From contig NC_043010.1 of assembly GCF_006345805.1 (NCBI RefSeq), forward strand, positions 57,164,001 to 57,228,000: a DNA stretch of 64,000 nt, written 5' to 3'. Shown here piece by piece: positions 13,340 through 27,644 of the stretch. The notes beneath the pieces are model-generated. The model saw nothing but the letters and a program-made list of their open reading frames with translations. It made no database searches and had not been told where the DNA came from. Position 1 is the stretch's first letter; each line of letters starts with the position of its first letter. The stretch is from Octopus sinensis. Lineage: Eukaryota. A program made the translations under genes and the position numbers.

Positions 13340-13655
13340 GGGCACTCCGTTGGTTATGACAACGAGGGTTCCAGTTGATCTGATCAACAGAACAGCCAAC
13401 TCATGAAATTAATGTGTAAGTGGCTGAGTATTCCACAGACATGCATGCATTCAACATAATCCTCAAGGAGATTGATGCAGAAAGTGACAAGGCTGGCCCC
13501 GTTTGAATTACAGGTACACCTCACTTTTGTCAGCTGAAGGAACTGGAGCGATGAAATGTCTTGCTCAAGAGCACACTACACTCAATGCAAGAGACAGAAA
13601 CTCACAACCTCGTGGCCATCAGCCAAATACCCTAACCACTAACTCACACACCTTC
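13340..13655 (-). mobile_element. tRNA-derived SINE (duplicated at ~14873-15188; related heads at 51435 and 57120)
   Basis: Minus-strand head ...gttagtggttagggtatttggctga...gaggttgtgagtt (A/B-box-like), followed by ctcttgagcaagacatt. Confidence 0.6.
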
Positions 13656-14085
13656 ACCATTCCAAATATAGAGAATTACTTGGTTACGGTTGAGCTGTTT
13701 TAAAAGCGTATCTAAAAAGTTACATCCTGATTAAAATTTTGAATTTAATAAATTACAAATTTATAAAGATATTATTAAAGTGAAAAATCAGCAGCCTTGA
13801 AAAGTTATTTACAAAGTGTATAGATCTCTTTTGAAAGCAGTTTCTCTTTAGTTTCGGAAACACTATATACTTTCAATATTTCCTAATTCACATACGTAAA
13901 TTCAACCACTGTTCATCTCCCATACGACCATACTTCGTAGCAAGAGGAGGTAATATCTATTCCCACTTAAACATCAATGTCCTTGCTGAACAAACTTTAC
14001 TGTAGCAAATACCACGAGAGAACTCGCATATGCTTGTTTATATTGCTAGTGGTGAGATAAATCCTCACCAACTCCAGCACCGAGA

Positions 14086-14132
14086 CCACCAGATCATGTG
14101 ATTTTGACTTTCCTTGGTTTCATCAGTGGTAG
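14086..14132 (-). ncRNA. Degenerate minimal type-I hammerhead ribozyme motif (second copy at 15620-15666)
   Basis: CTACCA-CTGATGA-AACcaaggaaaGTC-AAAA-TCACATGA-TC-TGGTGG: 6-bp stem I and 4-bp stem III; G12 lost (CGAAA>CAAAA). Confidence 0.55.
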
Positions 14133-14548
14133 ATGCTTGACTGCTAGCGATAGCAACAGCTTATCTCCCTTTATATCCTTTCATATATTGAATAGAGTCC
14201 ACTCCAGCCAACTCTTTTAGGTCTTCATAATTCCACTCCACTCATTGTCTTTAATCTCTCTAATCATTATACATACATACACACATGGACGTATGTATAT
14301 ATATATAGATATATATTATAATATTTATATTTAAAGAACTATTTTTTAAGCTTCAAAAACCTTATTTGGCAAAACTTTGAAGTTTCTGTTAAATTTGGAA
14401 TAAAATACAATGCTTCACATTATTTCACATACAGGCTCTTTTATTCAGTCAATGTTTTCTGTTTTTATATATAAACAAAAACACTTATATCCATCCTTCC
14501 ATTCATCCATTCATCCACCTCTCACACACATATTATATACACACATGC

Positions 14549-14586
<38 letters not shown>

Positions 14587-16083
14587 TATATATCTATATA
14601 TATATACATACGTACATATATATCTATATATACATATAGGTTAGCTATATCAAAGATGGCTGAAGAGGTCAGTGTGGAATAAGTTTATCAGTGAAAAAGA
14701 AAAATAATGAATAAGAGGATTGATGAAGTGGGTTGTGTTCAAGATTTAATATATAAGAAGGTATACGACGTATGGTCTTATATAGATGAACTGTGGGTGA
14801 TTTGTGTGTATGTGTGTGTGTATGTATGTACGTGTGTGTGTGTGTGCATTAAAGAGGATTAAAAATGTCTATGGGCACTCCGTTGGTTATGACAACGAGG
14901 GTTCCAGTTGATCTGATCAACAGAACAGCCAACTCATGAAATTAATGTGTAAGTGGCTGAGTATTCCACAGACATGCATGCATTCAACATAATCCTCAAG
15001 GAGATTGATGCAGAAAGTGACAAGGCTGGCCCCGTTTGAATTACAGGTACACCTCACTTTTGTCAGCTGAAGGAACTGGAGCGATGAAATGTCTTGCTCA
15101 AGAGCACACTACACTCAATGCAAGAGACAGAAACTCACAACCTCGTGGCCATCAGCCAAATACCCTAACCACTAACTCACACACCTTCACCATTCCAAAT
15201 ATAGAGAATTACTTGGTTACGGTTGAGCTGTTTTAAAAGCGTATCTAAAAAGTTACATCCTGATTAAAATTTTGAATTTAATAAATTACAAATTTATAAA
15301 GATATTATTAAAGTGAAAAATCAGCAGCCTTGAAAAGTTATTTACAAAGTGTATAGATCTCTTTTGAAAGCAGTTTCTCTTTAGTTTCGGAAACACTATA
15401 TACTTTCAATATTTCCTAATTCACATACGTAAATTCAACCACTGTTCATCTCCCATACGACCATACTTCGTAGCAAGAGGAGGTAATATCTATTCCCACT
15501 TAAACATCAATGTCCTTGCTGAACAAACTTTACTGTAGCAAATACCACGAGAGAAACTCGCATATGCTTGTTTATATTGCTAGTGGTGAGATAAATCCTC
15601 ACCAACTCCAGCACCGAGACCACCAGATCATGTGATTTTGACTTTCCTTGGTTTCATCAGTGGTAGATGCTTGACTGCTAGCGATAGCAACAGCTTATCT
15701 CCCTTTATATCCTTTCATATATTGAATAGAGTCCACTCCAGCCAACTCTTTTAGGTCTTCATAATTCCACTCCACTCATTGTCTTTAATCTCTCTAATCA
15801 TTATACATACATACACACATGGACGTATGTATATATATATAGATATATATTATAATATTTATATTTAAAGAACTATTTTTTAAGCTTCAAAAACCTTATT
15901 TGGCAAAACTTTGAAGTTTCTGTTAAATTTGGAATAAAATACAATGCTTCACATTATTTCACATACAGGCTCTTTTATTCAGTCAATGTTTTCTGTTTTT
16001 ATATATAAACAAAAACACTTATATCCATCCTTCCATTCATCCATTCATCCACCTCTCACACACATATTTATATACACACATGC

Positions 16084-16120
<37 letters not shown>

Positions 16121-17279
16121 CACACACATACATACACACACATATATACACACACACACACACCACACACACACATGTATATATAAATGTATATACATAA
16201 TATATACATAAACAAAATCGATGTTTCCGTTTGGGTAGCCGTTGTTAAAGTGATGCTTTATTTCTGTAGAGAATCGGTTTTCAGGACATCATCTGCTCAT
16301 CTTACGTCTGGTTTGTATACTCTCCAGCACTGCATTAATACAATTTCCTTTGTATAAAGGCTTCATCAATGCAGTTGCTTACAGTTTCATGGTGATGAAG
16401 GGAAGGTGTTAATTACAAAATAAATCACATCTCTGGAAAAAACAAATAAAACCATAGTTAGTTGGAAGAACAATAGTTATTGATATAACAAAAAGAAAAA
16501 GATTTAAAATATTGTAGTTTTAACTATTTTTGTCTTTAGCCTCTTTTATAAATATCAGACTATGTTAGGACATGTTCGAAGTTTTCACTTTTGTTTCAGG
16601 GGCACGAGGTGATCAATAGATAGAGCTTTCTTTGAAGCAGATGTTGGTCATTAGAAGTCTTGCACACAGCAGTATAGGGAGTTCTACAGGATTGAATTAC
16701 ACCTGATTTCTTTACATCTAGGGTTTACATCTGCATTAATATTTACAATAACAACAAAAGCAACTGCAATAACCAGAAAAATAATAACTGATACACTTAG
16801 AAGCAGCAGAATGTGTTGGGATGCTGATGCAGCTGCTCCTACTTCATCAAAAATGGACTGAGAGCCACTACATGAGATTGTGAAGTACTATGAAGAAACA
16901 AGAGGGATGTTAGAATCAAGAGAAAGTTACAGAATATCTCGATCACTCTTTCTGAATGAAATGGACACGTAACATTTGGAGTATTGCTTGACAACGATCT
17001 AAGATAAAAATTTCAAAATCTTATCCACTCAGATCTTGTTGGGATCTGATAATTCAACCCATGTCTGCTGAAGTAAAAAATGTCTATCTACAGTAAGTCC
17101 TTCTCTCTAAAGAATGAAATATTAAATCAGTAAATATTGTTTAAGGTAGTGTTACGTTTACTAAATAACTCAAGATTTTGATGCATCTTCTTATGAATGA
17201 GACCAAAGTGAGATCTTTAGGTTATCATCCAAGTCTAATTTATTTTTCTTAAGAAGACATGTCATGGAATTCTTGCTAT

Positions 17280-17850
17280 TTGTCTAAGACAATTAGATTA
17301 TTCTCCCGTCTGTTCTTTCACTACATTTCACGTGGCTTCCTTCAGCCATTGCTTTTTTTCTTCTTCTTCTCTTAATATTGGTTTTGTGCAATCAATTCAC
17401 AATGTCTCTTTTATATGCGTCTCCTTTACCATGTCAGAGATCATTTGCATTTTAGCCATCAATTGATACTTTGAAGATGATTTTACACTTAAAGATTACT
17501 TTGATGGTTTCAATCATTTTAAATTGCCAAATCAATAAATTAATCAAAACTTTTAGAAATAATTTCTCCAACAGCTTCAGTCATAATAATCTTCTGATTG
17601 CAATATTGACTTTTGTCTCTCAGGACGAATTGTGCTTCACTCTTGCATATGTAAACATAATATATACCATAACATTTCCTATAATGGATAAAATATTTTA
17701 CAGAATTCATTGTATATCAATGTTGGATTTCCTGTTATTTAACATCTAAATTTGATGACAATTGTAACTACTTTAATCTCTCAATTATCAATCCAGTCCT
17801 TATCATTCTTGATGCTTTTTGCTTATTCTCTAAGGTTTAATGTACTAACT
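17280..17850 (-). mobile_element. Possible decayed LINE endonuclease N-terminus
   Basis: Minus translation QIKVSTLNLRE*...EIKVVTI resembles the APE start (xKxATLNVRG...DVVAIQE); heavily interrupted. Confidence 0.25.
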
Positions 17851-17959
17851 TTAATTTGCTACAAAATACATTGGAATAAATTGCAGAGCCACAAAAAGTT
17901 ATTGGCATAAAATTTGATGATAGAAGCCTAATTTTTGGTCAACAATATTTTTGAAAAGT

Positions 17960-18190
17960 GGCAAATTGGCAGAATTGTTAGCACACCAGGTGGAATGCTT
18001 AGCAGTATTTCATCTGCCGTTATGTTCTGAGTTGAAATTTTGCTGAGGTCAACTTTGCTTTTCAGCCTTTTGGGATCAGTTAAATAAGTACCAGTTATAT
18101 ACTGGGGTCAATGTAATCGACTTAATCCCTTTGTCTGTCCTTGTTTGTCTCCTCTATGTTTAGCCTTCTGTGTGCAATAAAGAAATAAAT
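17960..18190 (+). mobile_element. tRNA-derived SINE with conserved central domain (Meta-like)
   Basis: tggcagaattgttagcac...gttctgagttgaaatt...tttgcttttcagccttttgggatc...taagtaccag...ctggggtcaatgtaatcgactt; fragments recur at 6270, 36670, 37090 and 37820. Confidence 0.7.
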
Positions 18191-19364
18191 ATTTTTAAAC
18201 ATGTCTTAAGCATTAAAAACATTGGTTTGAATATATTAACATAATTACATTTGCTGGGCTAATTGTTTTTTTTGTCTTGTTTTTGTTATTCAAATTCCAT
18301 GTAATTAATTTTCTTCAACAGGGGAGAGTTTATATTTTTACAGATGATTATTACAATACTGAGTGCAAAGTAGAGAGTGTGGGGATAAATGAAATATAAT
18401 ACAAAGAAGAGAAACAAAAGGAACAAAAAACCATTTGTTTCTCCAGAAAAGTTTTTGAATTGTGAATTATGTTAACATTGAATTCGTATTATAGTTATTG
18501 CAACATAAAGCAGAGAATTCTGTTTGAGTCTAGTTTATTCAAACAAAACATGTGTTACTAAATCTTTCAGAGTCAATAAGAGAGCTCTTATGAGTTACTT
18601 GAACTGCTAGAAATAATAGTTCAAACCTCTCAACCTCTCCCAAAACACTAGCAGCTATTTGGATAATGGTTGATGGGATCATTGGTTCAATGTATCTGAG
18701 AATAAAATCAAAAAATAAGATCGGGTGGCAACAGCCAGAATACCTTTCGATCAAAGGTCTGCTTGATCAGAACTGATCTGGCTAAATAGCAACAAGTATG
18801 GCAACAACAACAAAGACAAGCTCGTTAATAAAAGGAGGACTCAGTCATAAAATTTCTTTTAAAATTCATTTAAATAACTAAATTTATTGATCCATCTAAA
18901 CCACGTGAACCTCAAAATATGCAAATAAGAGCAATGAAATATTAGGTAATAAATTTTAAGCATGCCAGGTTTACATAAGTACAATTTGGCAAAATTATGA
19001 ACGAAAGTTATTTTGGATTGGCAGAGGAAAATATTGTTGAAATACAAGCTGTAGAAATAGGCTGAAGAATTTGGTAGAGAACATTGGTTTCACAAATAAA
19101 TGGTGTAACCACTTTGCCATCACGGCACTGTATGTCTTTGTTTAAGTCTTGGGTGTGATAAATTATATTACAAACATATGTCAGAACATTAGAATTTGTT
19201 GGCTTCTAACAATGAATAAGTTGGCAACAACACTGCTGAGATGAAGGATTGCTTAGTTGGTCATAATTAAATAAATAGTAGAAAATAATTTATGGTCACA
19301 AGAGTTAATTCATAAATATATTTCTTGTCTTATTGATAGAATGGTGCAAACCAGTGGAGTATAA

Positions 19365-19590
19365 TACACACGCACGCACACACACACACACACACACGCA
19401 CACACACTCACACACACACAAGCACACACACACACAAGCACACACACACACACACATACACACACACACATACACACAAGCGCACACACACATGCACACA
19501 CACATACACACATACACACACACACATGCACACACATGCACACACACATACACACACATACACACACATGCACACACACACACACACAGC
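19365..19590. repeat. Interrupted (CA)n microsatellite
   Basis: Direct reading. Confidence 0.95.
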
Positions 19591-19699
19591 CATCCACAGA
19601 CATATAGAAACACGGACGTACACATATACATGCAGAACAATTTATGCATCAATGTTTGGACATAATCATTTCAACTCACATTGTGTACACACACAGAGA

Positions 19700-19738
<39 letters not shown>

Positions 19739-19949
19739 AGAGTGATTTGATGTACTTAATAGTAATATGTAGAAATCAGTTTGTTTTCATGTTGAGCACA
19801 TAACTTACATCTGCCCTGGATCAGTTTATGTGTGAATACTGAGAAATTAAAGTGTGTGGATACCCAAACACACACACACAAATATTTATTAACAGACAGA
19901 TATATTGAAAATTGATTAGACTTCTTGAATATATATTGTAGGTATGTTT

Positions 19950-20152
19950 GTGTGTGTGTGTGTGTGTGTGTATAAATATATATTAATTATTAACAATGTG
20001 CTTCTTTTTTGGATATATGATACATTGATGATATATATATGTGTGTGTGTGTGAGTGTGTGTGTGTGTGTGGTGTGTGTGTGTGTGTGTGTGTGTATAAA
20101 TATATTAATTATTAACAATGTGCTTCTTTTTTGGATATATGATACATTGATG

Positions 20153-20205
<53 letters not shown>
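19950..20205. repeat. Two-copy ~125-bp tandem duplication between (TG)n tracts
   Basis: tataaatata...ttaattattaacaatgtgcttcttttt...gatacattgatgatatata at ~19971 and ~20095. Confidence 0.85.
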
Positions 20206-20207
<2 letters not shown>

Positions 20208-21418
20208 GGTTGCACTTAGTCATTGGTCAAACATCTCTCAACTTTTGCATGTAAGACCATCTGTGTTGTCCCCTTCGACTGACTGAATAACAGATTGATT
20301 GTTCTTTGTGTATTTTATGAAATATTTCAAAAGGGATTTAGTTTTGATAACCCTTTTAGAATTAAACTGCAACTTAATTTGGGAGGTGAACCAAAAGATG
20401 GAGACCATGGAACTGGACCACCTTTAAGGATATGAGTTCAAAATCTGTCTCAGTATTTTTGTGCAGTCCTTGGTCAGTTTCTATGACTTTATTTGTCCAA
20501 TTAAATATTTCTCACTTCACAGTTCAGTGCTGACAAGTTCAATCCCGATAAAAACGAAAATAATATAACTTGCTCCTTCAGTCCATGCAGAGGTATTCAG
20601 TTTTCAACACCCATATTATTCCGTCCCCTCCATGTTGATATGAAAAGCCAAATAGCTGTCTTAACGATAGCTGGGTATAATGAAATAATCATCTCTGATC
20701 ATTTTAATGTTGCCATTCATCAAATAACAGTAGAACGTTGAAGTAGCCTCCTGACTTCGTGGTGTATTAAGGATAGTATTGGTATCTAAAGTATATTTTG
20801 TCTGGGTCTGGCTGTCCTGGCAGTAATCCAAGCCATGCGCACACACATACACACACACACACACACACACGCACACACAGACACACACACATACATGCAC
20901 GCATGGCTGTACAATATTAGGATAGAATGACCATATCATTGACAGTAAGGATGTATTAGAAATTATATACACAAATAATATAAAGTATCTAAAAGAAAGA
21001 AAATGGTTTTCTTAAGATTCCTTATTCACTAAGATTGTTTTGATCCATTGTGCACCGGTGCCTTGTGGGTGGGACACCTCGTTTTTTAATCTTCCTTTAA
21101 AGAGATTAAAAGGCAGGTACCTTTTGACAAGTTACCTGACGAAACACACCTGCACCTTCGTTGCACAACAACTATTTGTACAGAATCTCACCTGTGAGAC
21201 ACCTGAGCATGCGGGTTCAAAACGCTTGAAATGGTTAATAAAGAATGGCATGAATTCCTTTTTCCTTCTCTCATACTTCTATAAACTTTATAGACATAAA
21301 TGAATTCCTGAAGCAAACCCAGTGGCATTTACATCCATGCTGTTGAGGGCATTAGGCAGCTGAATACAGTTACGGCCTTTAAAAAGCATTCTACAAAGTG
21401 TATGTCCAAATTTGAAAT

Positions 21419-21468
<50 letters not shown>

Positions 21469-21819
21469 GTACATATTATGTGTATATGCATGTGTGTATG
21501 TAGATGGGTATGTATATATATTTGTATTCATGTTATATATGTATATACATATGTGCGTGTATATATATACACACACACATACACACATACATGTGTATGT
21601 ATACATGCACACGCACACATGTATAAGAGTGTGTGTGTGTCATCATCCCCGTTTTCAATGTGGTCTCTATACAAACATGGAGACGTTGTTACAGGTAGAT
21701 TCAGCAGGTACCAAAGGATATAACTCACTTAAATCAATCAGGAAACCTCAATTTGTTTGTGTTCAAATTTTGGTTCAGTTTCTGGAGCTGTGTATGAATG
21801 TGTGTGTATGTGTGCATGC

Positions 21820-21866
<47 letters not shown>

Positions 21867-22262
21867 TGACAGGGTGGGAGTACATATCTGTTTAAGCAGC
21901 TGATAATCGAGATGCTCATATATCAGGGGTGGACCCAAAGTGGGGCCTGGGGCCTCATTCAAGAAAAGAAGTGCACCCTTCTAAATGAAGTTATTATGCC
22001 CTTTTCTCCTGGAATTGTATTCCCTCTGGACCTCATGCTCTCCCTTCAAAAACTTCCTGGGGCTTCACCTGTAATGCTTGATTGTGAATTTCTTATATTT
22101 TAGTTTTGTTATATTTCATTCTTGGAAAGTGGAAACCATTTGTATTTGCTTGGACTTTTGGTGAGGTTGCTTACTTTGGTCATGTTTGGATCTCTTCATG
22201 GGCAACCAAATTAGGCTTGAACAAAGCTTAAATATTGGTGTCCAGTTTTGTGAGGCTCTGTG

Positions 22263-22293
<31 letters not shown>

Positions 22294-24044
22294 GTACATT
22301 CTAACAAATTAATATACAGTTTTAATTTCAAACTTACACCTGTTTTGAACAAGATATTTTATCAACGTTGAAATATTTTAATTTAATTTTGATTTGTCCA
22401 CATTGAAATTTATAACGATGTTTTTACACTTTTACCATTGAAAAACAAAAAATATTGTTGAAACTAGTTTGGTACATGTGTAAATAAATGCATTTTAAAC
22501 ATTCACGAGTTTTTGAAATTTAAGTGCATTTTCAGCAACACATTTTCCTATATATACACACGTACACAAAAAATGTTTTCTACCCCTTGACAGAGGTCTT
22601 GCCAACCTACGCAAGCACACATATATATAGAACAGTATACACACACATGTCTCTAAGTAGATTTTTTCTCGCCCCTTATAAAACATCCAATATTCCTTAA
22701 ATAGTCAGAACTTTATTCTCGGTCACAAAGAACATCTACACACCCTCACCCACATGATTGACCGCTGCCTGACCCGTTAAATTCTTCAGCCACCGGTTCT
22801 CAACATACACTGATAAACAGTTTTGCCATGGGCTCTTAGGAGCTTAGTTCGATTTGTTTTGCTCCGCCTCTGTTCTGTTTTTGTTTTTTCTAACGGATTT
22901 CGTATTTCTTCCTGAAGAGAAAGACACAATATGGTCTCATTATTCAATCGGATTTTGGTAAATTGTGCCTTTCGAAACACGTGTAGAATGAAATAAAACG
23001 ATTTCTGTTCAATCTTCGTTCAGCTCCATTTCTTCAATTCACCAATAATATATATATATATATGTATGTTTGTGTGTGTATGTGTAATATATACATATGT
23101 GTGCTTGTTTGTGTGAGTGTGTCTAAGTGTGTTTGTGTGTGTTCGTGTGTATGTTAGTGTGTTTCGTCATATTTGTACTTCTCTACAAATGGTGATGTAG
23201 TCAGTTCTTCTGTGAACAAATTGTCCATGAGTTTTGCACCTTTGAATCCCTGTGAAACAAGTGACCCCTTACTTGAAAGGCAGGTCAGTGGCAGGAAGGG
23301 TATCCACCTGTAAAACACTGCCTCAATAAAATATTTGCCTAACCTATGTTTACATCAAAAAATGAAAGGAAAAAATGAAGTGTGTGTGTGCAGGATGTGT
23401 ATATATATATATACATACACGCTCATATATATATATGTAATTATATTCATACACACACACACACACACATATTTATATTATATGTGTGTGAGGTGTGAGT
23501 GTTTGCGTGTGTATGTGTGAATGTATGTGTGGAAAGTATAAAAGCGTAAAAGACGCATTCATATGTGAACTAATGTTTCTTTATATATGAATATTTAGGA
23601 ACCCATGCACACACACGCACAGATGTTTGCACACACGCACAAACATACACATGAATGTGTTTCTACCAGGTTTTCGCTGCTAGTACGTCAGTCAGTCAAA
23701 GAAGAACCTGAGGACATTAGTGACAAAGAAATGAGACAAAAATTGAATGAATGTAAACGAGAGAAGGTGAAAGCATCTGCTAACCAGTGGCCAAGTATGA
23801 AACTGCAGCAGACAATAGAAGCACTTTGTATGCTGTCATAGCATCGATGTTGGCTGATATCAGGTAGAAAGACACACATTTCATAACTCTAAAAATATAA
23901 TTGTCTCAAAGAGATTCTTTATTTCAATTGATGCCGTTTAGAAAATGTCACCGGAACCTTCCACAAGTGTAAGAATTCTAAATAAATAAGACAATTTCCA
24001 GAATAATTCAGTGAATTTAAACATTCCCGACCACAACTCCTTTG

Positions 24045-24088
<44 letters not shown>

Positions 24089-26198
24089 ATAACATCTTAT
24101 CATTCGTCCCTGCAGGCAGGGCTCACATAAATCTGTTGGATGCTTATCATTTGTCCTTTCAGAAAGACATTAGACAAATCTGGTTTCTCCACCCCCCACC
24201 TCTCTGCCTCTCCATTTCTCTATTATTCCTCTCTCACCTCTCTCCCTCTTGCTCTCTCTCTCTCTCTCACCATCTCTCTCCTTCTCTTTCTCACTCCCTC
24301 TCTTTCTCTTTCAGAAATATTCAATGTCTTAGCTCTTTCATACATCTACCATTTTTAACTATGCCATGTAGCTTCTGCAATCCAAGACAGGCTTCACTTT
24401 GTTCCCAGATTCACCTGCACACTCTCTCCCTCCTTGGTTCCCCTTCATCTATGTTTTTGCCTTTCCTTCTCTTCTTCACACAACTCCACCCCAGTCACCA
24501 CCGCCACCACCATTTCAATAATACTATAGAATCTGTCTCTAATAATCTAGTTTTTTTATGCATAGTAGTTGTATGTGATAGTATATGATACTGTAGATGT
24601 CATCTCTTGACTGTACAGTACTATAATAGCCATGACTAATCATATAGTACTATAATAGTCATGATTCTCATATTATTGTATTGTAGTAGATATAATTATA
24701 ATATTATAGTACCTTTGCAGTTTAGTCTATTAAAATATATTGTCATAGAAGTTTCCTGTAGTGTAGTATCATGGTAGTTATGTCTGTTATACTATGGTAC
24801 CACAATAGTCATGATTATCATATAATACAGAAAAGAGTGTAATATTTAAATCTCAAGGATAATTCATTGATTTCGTCAATAGTCTTCAGAGGTTCATTAA
24901 TCCAGTACCTTAGCCCGTCTTTTGCTGTGAAATATTCAAGAGAGACAAATTCAGTCCTTGACAGACTGTCATTCTACAACAGGAAATGTTGAACTGTGCA
25001 TTATTGCAACTACTTGTCCTTGTGGTGACATTCACCTGGGGTTGGTGGTGTGGCTCCCACCAACGAGTTCCATCATGTCCCTTATGAATGTTGACCACAT
25101 ATAACATTAAGCCCTAAGATTTCCATAGGTAAAGTAATGCTTCTGTCTGTGGCCCCAAAATGCAGCTGCTAAATTTGATGAATGTCCCCCTGGGAGAACA
25201 AGAACTCCGGGTAGCAGGGATGCCATAGCCTTAGTCATCATTCATTGTTGAGGTGTAGAGGTCATGTTTAGAGTTTCAGTGGGAATACAAATTCCCATGT
25301 GGCCCCTGGACACATGCATACACACTTTAGGATAGTGTGATCCATGGTGACCCATCTTACTGTTGATTGTTGATCATTGCAGTGGCTTCACTGACCAAGT
25401 CACTACCTATTATTGGATCAGACATAGCCTGGATTTGAAGTGGGTGATCCCTTAACAGGGACCCGGACAGGTGCTACAACTCTGGGTCAGAGTAGACCTG
25501 GGAACAATAATGACTTACAGATGGTCTCACACTCCTCAAAACCCAGGAACTCCCAAACGAAGGCCCCATTACCTAATGCAGTTTAAAGTCTTACCCAATC
25601 CTTCCAATCAAACAAAACGACTTTTACTTGTGTTGTGTTGATACAGGTTAGAACCTGAATCATACAACTGAATGGCATCTGTTTACAGGTAAGGTGAGTG
25701 AGTTGCTGTTGAGGGTTAAGTGTTCCAGTCCACCACAGACACAAGACAGAGCTGCTGACAGAGGATGGATTACTGACGGGGCTTGGTTGGATGGGTTCTC
25801 TGTAGAGGCTGAACCCACTGATCACACAACCAGGCATTTTGTGTTGGAACTAAACCAAACAAAGAGCCAAATAATCGTTTACATCCCACCTCATCTTCTC
25901 CCTCATTCTCTCACAGTTCACCTCAATTCTCCCTGTTTTTCTCTTTCACTCAATCATACAATCTCTCTCTCTCTCTCCCTTCTCCCTCTTTCCCATTCTC
26001 TCTCTCTCTTCCTCTCTTTCTCTCTTCCATTCTCCCTCTCCCCACTTTCTCCCTCCTTCTCTCTCTTCTATTTTAATACACTGTTATGTTTCCAGACTGA
26101 TAACGACAATGGCATGTAATTTCCTAATACATCATTCACAAAACTAACAAAGCAAACTAAAAAACAACAACATACCGATATAAAAAAGAAAGTGAGGA

Positions 26199-26305
<107 letters not shown>

Positions 26306-26760
26306 AGAAAGAATAAAATAGGAAAAGATACTTTCCTAGAAAGTGTTCATATCTAAAACTGATGTTTTTTTATCTTTTTCCTAACCTTGAGGGAAACTAC
26401 AAAGTTTTGGTATAAACTGTCAGAGTTTTATTTTGATTTCTTGGCAATAATTACAAAGTTTATGATTTGAGCAAATAAGAAAACCTTTCAAGAAATATTA
26501 TTTACTTTGAAGCCCCACCCCCTGTACTTGGTCTGTCAGTGGTTGGTGGTGGTGGTGGGTGGGGGTGGGGTGAGGGTTATGTCAGGTTCATTCTGTAATA
26601 CACTCCATTTTATTATTGCAATCGTTGCCTTGTTAACTGGCAACTAAACTTATTGAGAAGGTATTAAAAAACAAGATGTGGCTCTTTGAACGCCTGTCCA
26701 ATGAAGGACATGTTATATGTTGCTTTCTATGACAACCAATGTAAGGTTATACCAAATCCA

Positions 26761-26797
<37 letters not shown>

Positions 26798-26949
26798 TAT
26801 ATAAACATGAATTGCAAGTCAAAAAACCTCATCTGCTGCATCACATGCCCACAGTACAATGAAAACTGCATTGGGGGAGACAGGAAGGAAACTGACCAGT
26901 CGTGTAAATATGCATAAACAAGAAATTAGAGAATACAGTTCTATATTTA

Positions 26950-27200
26950 AGGGATGAGGAATTATGTACATTATTTACGTCATTTACATTTGACAGATAT
27001 TACATCTTGTTTGTTGTTAACATAACATTTCGGCTGAGATACCCTTCAGCCTTCATCAGGTGTCTTGGGAAATTTCAAACCTGGGATCTCACTCTTGAGG
27101 TATTTTTCAATGTTATTATTATTATAATTATTATCATTATTATATTATTATTCAGGTCACTGCTTGGAATTGAACTCGGAATCTTGGGGTTAGTTATGGT
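26950..27200 (-). mobile_element. Penelope-like pseudo-LTR fragment carrying a hammerhead motif at 27019-27064
   Basis: GACAC-CTGATGA-a-GGCTGAagggtatcTCAGCC-GAAA-TG-TT-ATGTT on the minus strand. Confidence 0.6.
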
Positions 27201-27379
27201 TCAGAGTGTAGTGGTTAAGAGCATGGGCTACTAATGAGTTTTAGAACAGAACGCAAAGCCAATCATAACGTACACTTTTGAAAATCAACAAATGCCAAAC
27301 TATTTAAATGTGTATGTGTGTGTGTATGTATATATCCCTCTCTCTCTTTCGGAGAGGCACTGAGCACCTACACGCACAC

Positions 27380-27545
27380 ACACACACATACGGCAGTAAC
27401 TTCTGCCTACCGAATTCAATCACAAAGCTCCGGTTGGCTCGGGGCCATAGCAGAAGACACCTGCCCAAAGTGCCACGCAGTGGGACTGAACCCGGAACCA
27501 TGTAGCTAGGAAGCAAGCTCCCTAACCACACAGCCATGCCTGTGC
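27380..27545 (-). mobile_element. tRNA-derived CORE-type SINE
   Basis: ggcatggctgtgtggttagggagc...ggttccgggttcagtcccactgcgtggcactttgggcaggtgtcttct; copies also at 9870-10225(+), 36115-36480(+), 39420-39640(-), 48480-48650(-), 51920-52320(+), 55960-56090(-). Confidence 0.8.
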
Positions 27546-27644
27546 GTATAGAAATATATGTCTGTATGTATGAATATGTGTGTATGTATGTTCATATATA
27601 TATATATCTGTAAATATAATATGTGACAATTATTTGGTAGCCAT

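Larger units (their letters stand above)
13045..16110. repeat. Near-perfect tandem duplication, unit ~1533 bp, boundaries inside (TA)n tracts
   Basis: Identical ORFs at 13503 and 15036 (offset 1533); the differences seen by eye are 1-bp homopolymer indels. Confidence 0.95.

Noticed and set aside
23605-23841. Charged ORF (KEEPEDISDKEMRQKLNECK...) as a coding exon
   Set aside because: Starts in a CA repeat, stops before any donor and has no recognisable domain; noted only as a possible plus-strand exon.
24860-24895. CTGAAGA...GAAA on the minus strand as a hammerhead
   Set aside because: No stem I or stem II; other CTGATGA/CTGAAGA hits (e.g. 13127, 38573, 57440, 62183) also lack stems.
24900-25410. 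GC-richer unique stretch as a coding exon or Pcdh tail
   Set aside because: Stops in the frames examined and no recognisable motif.
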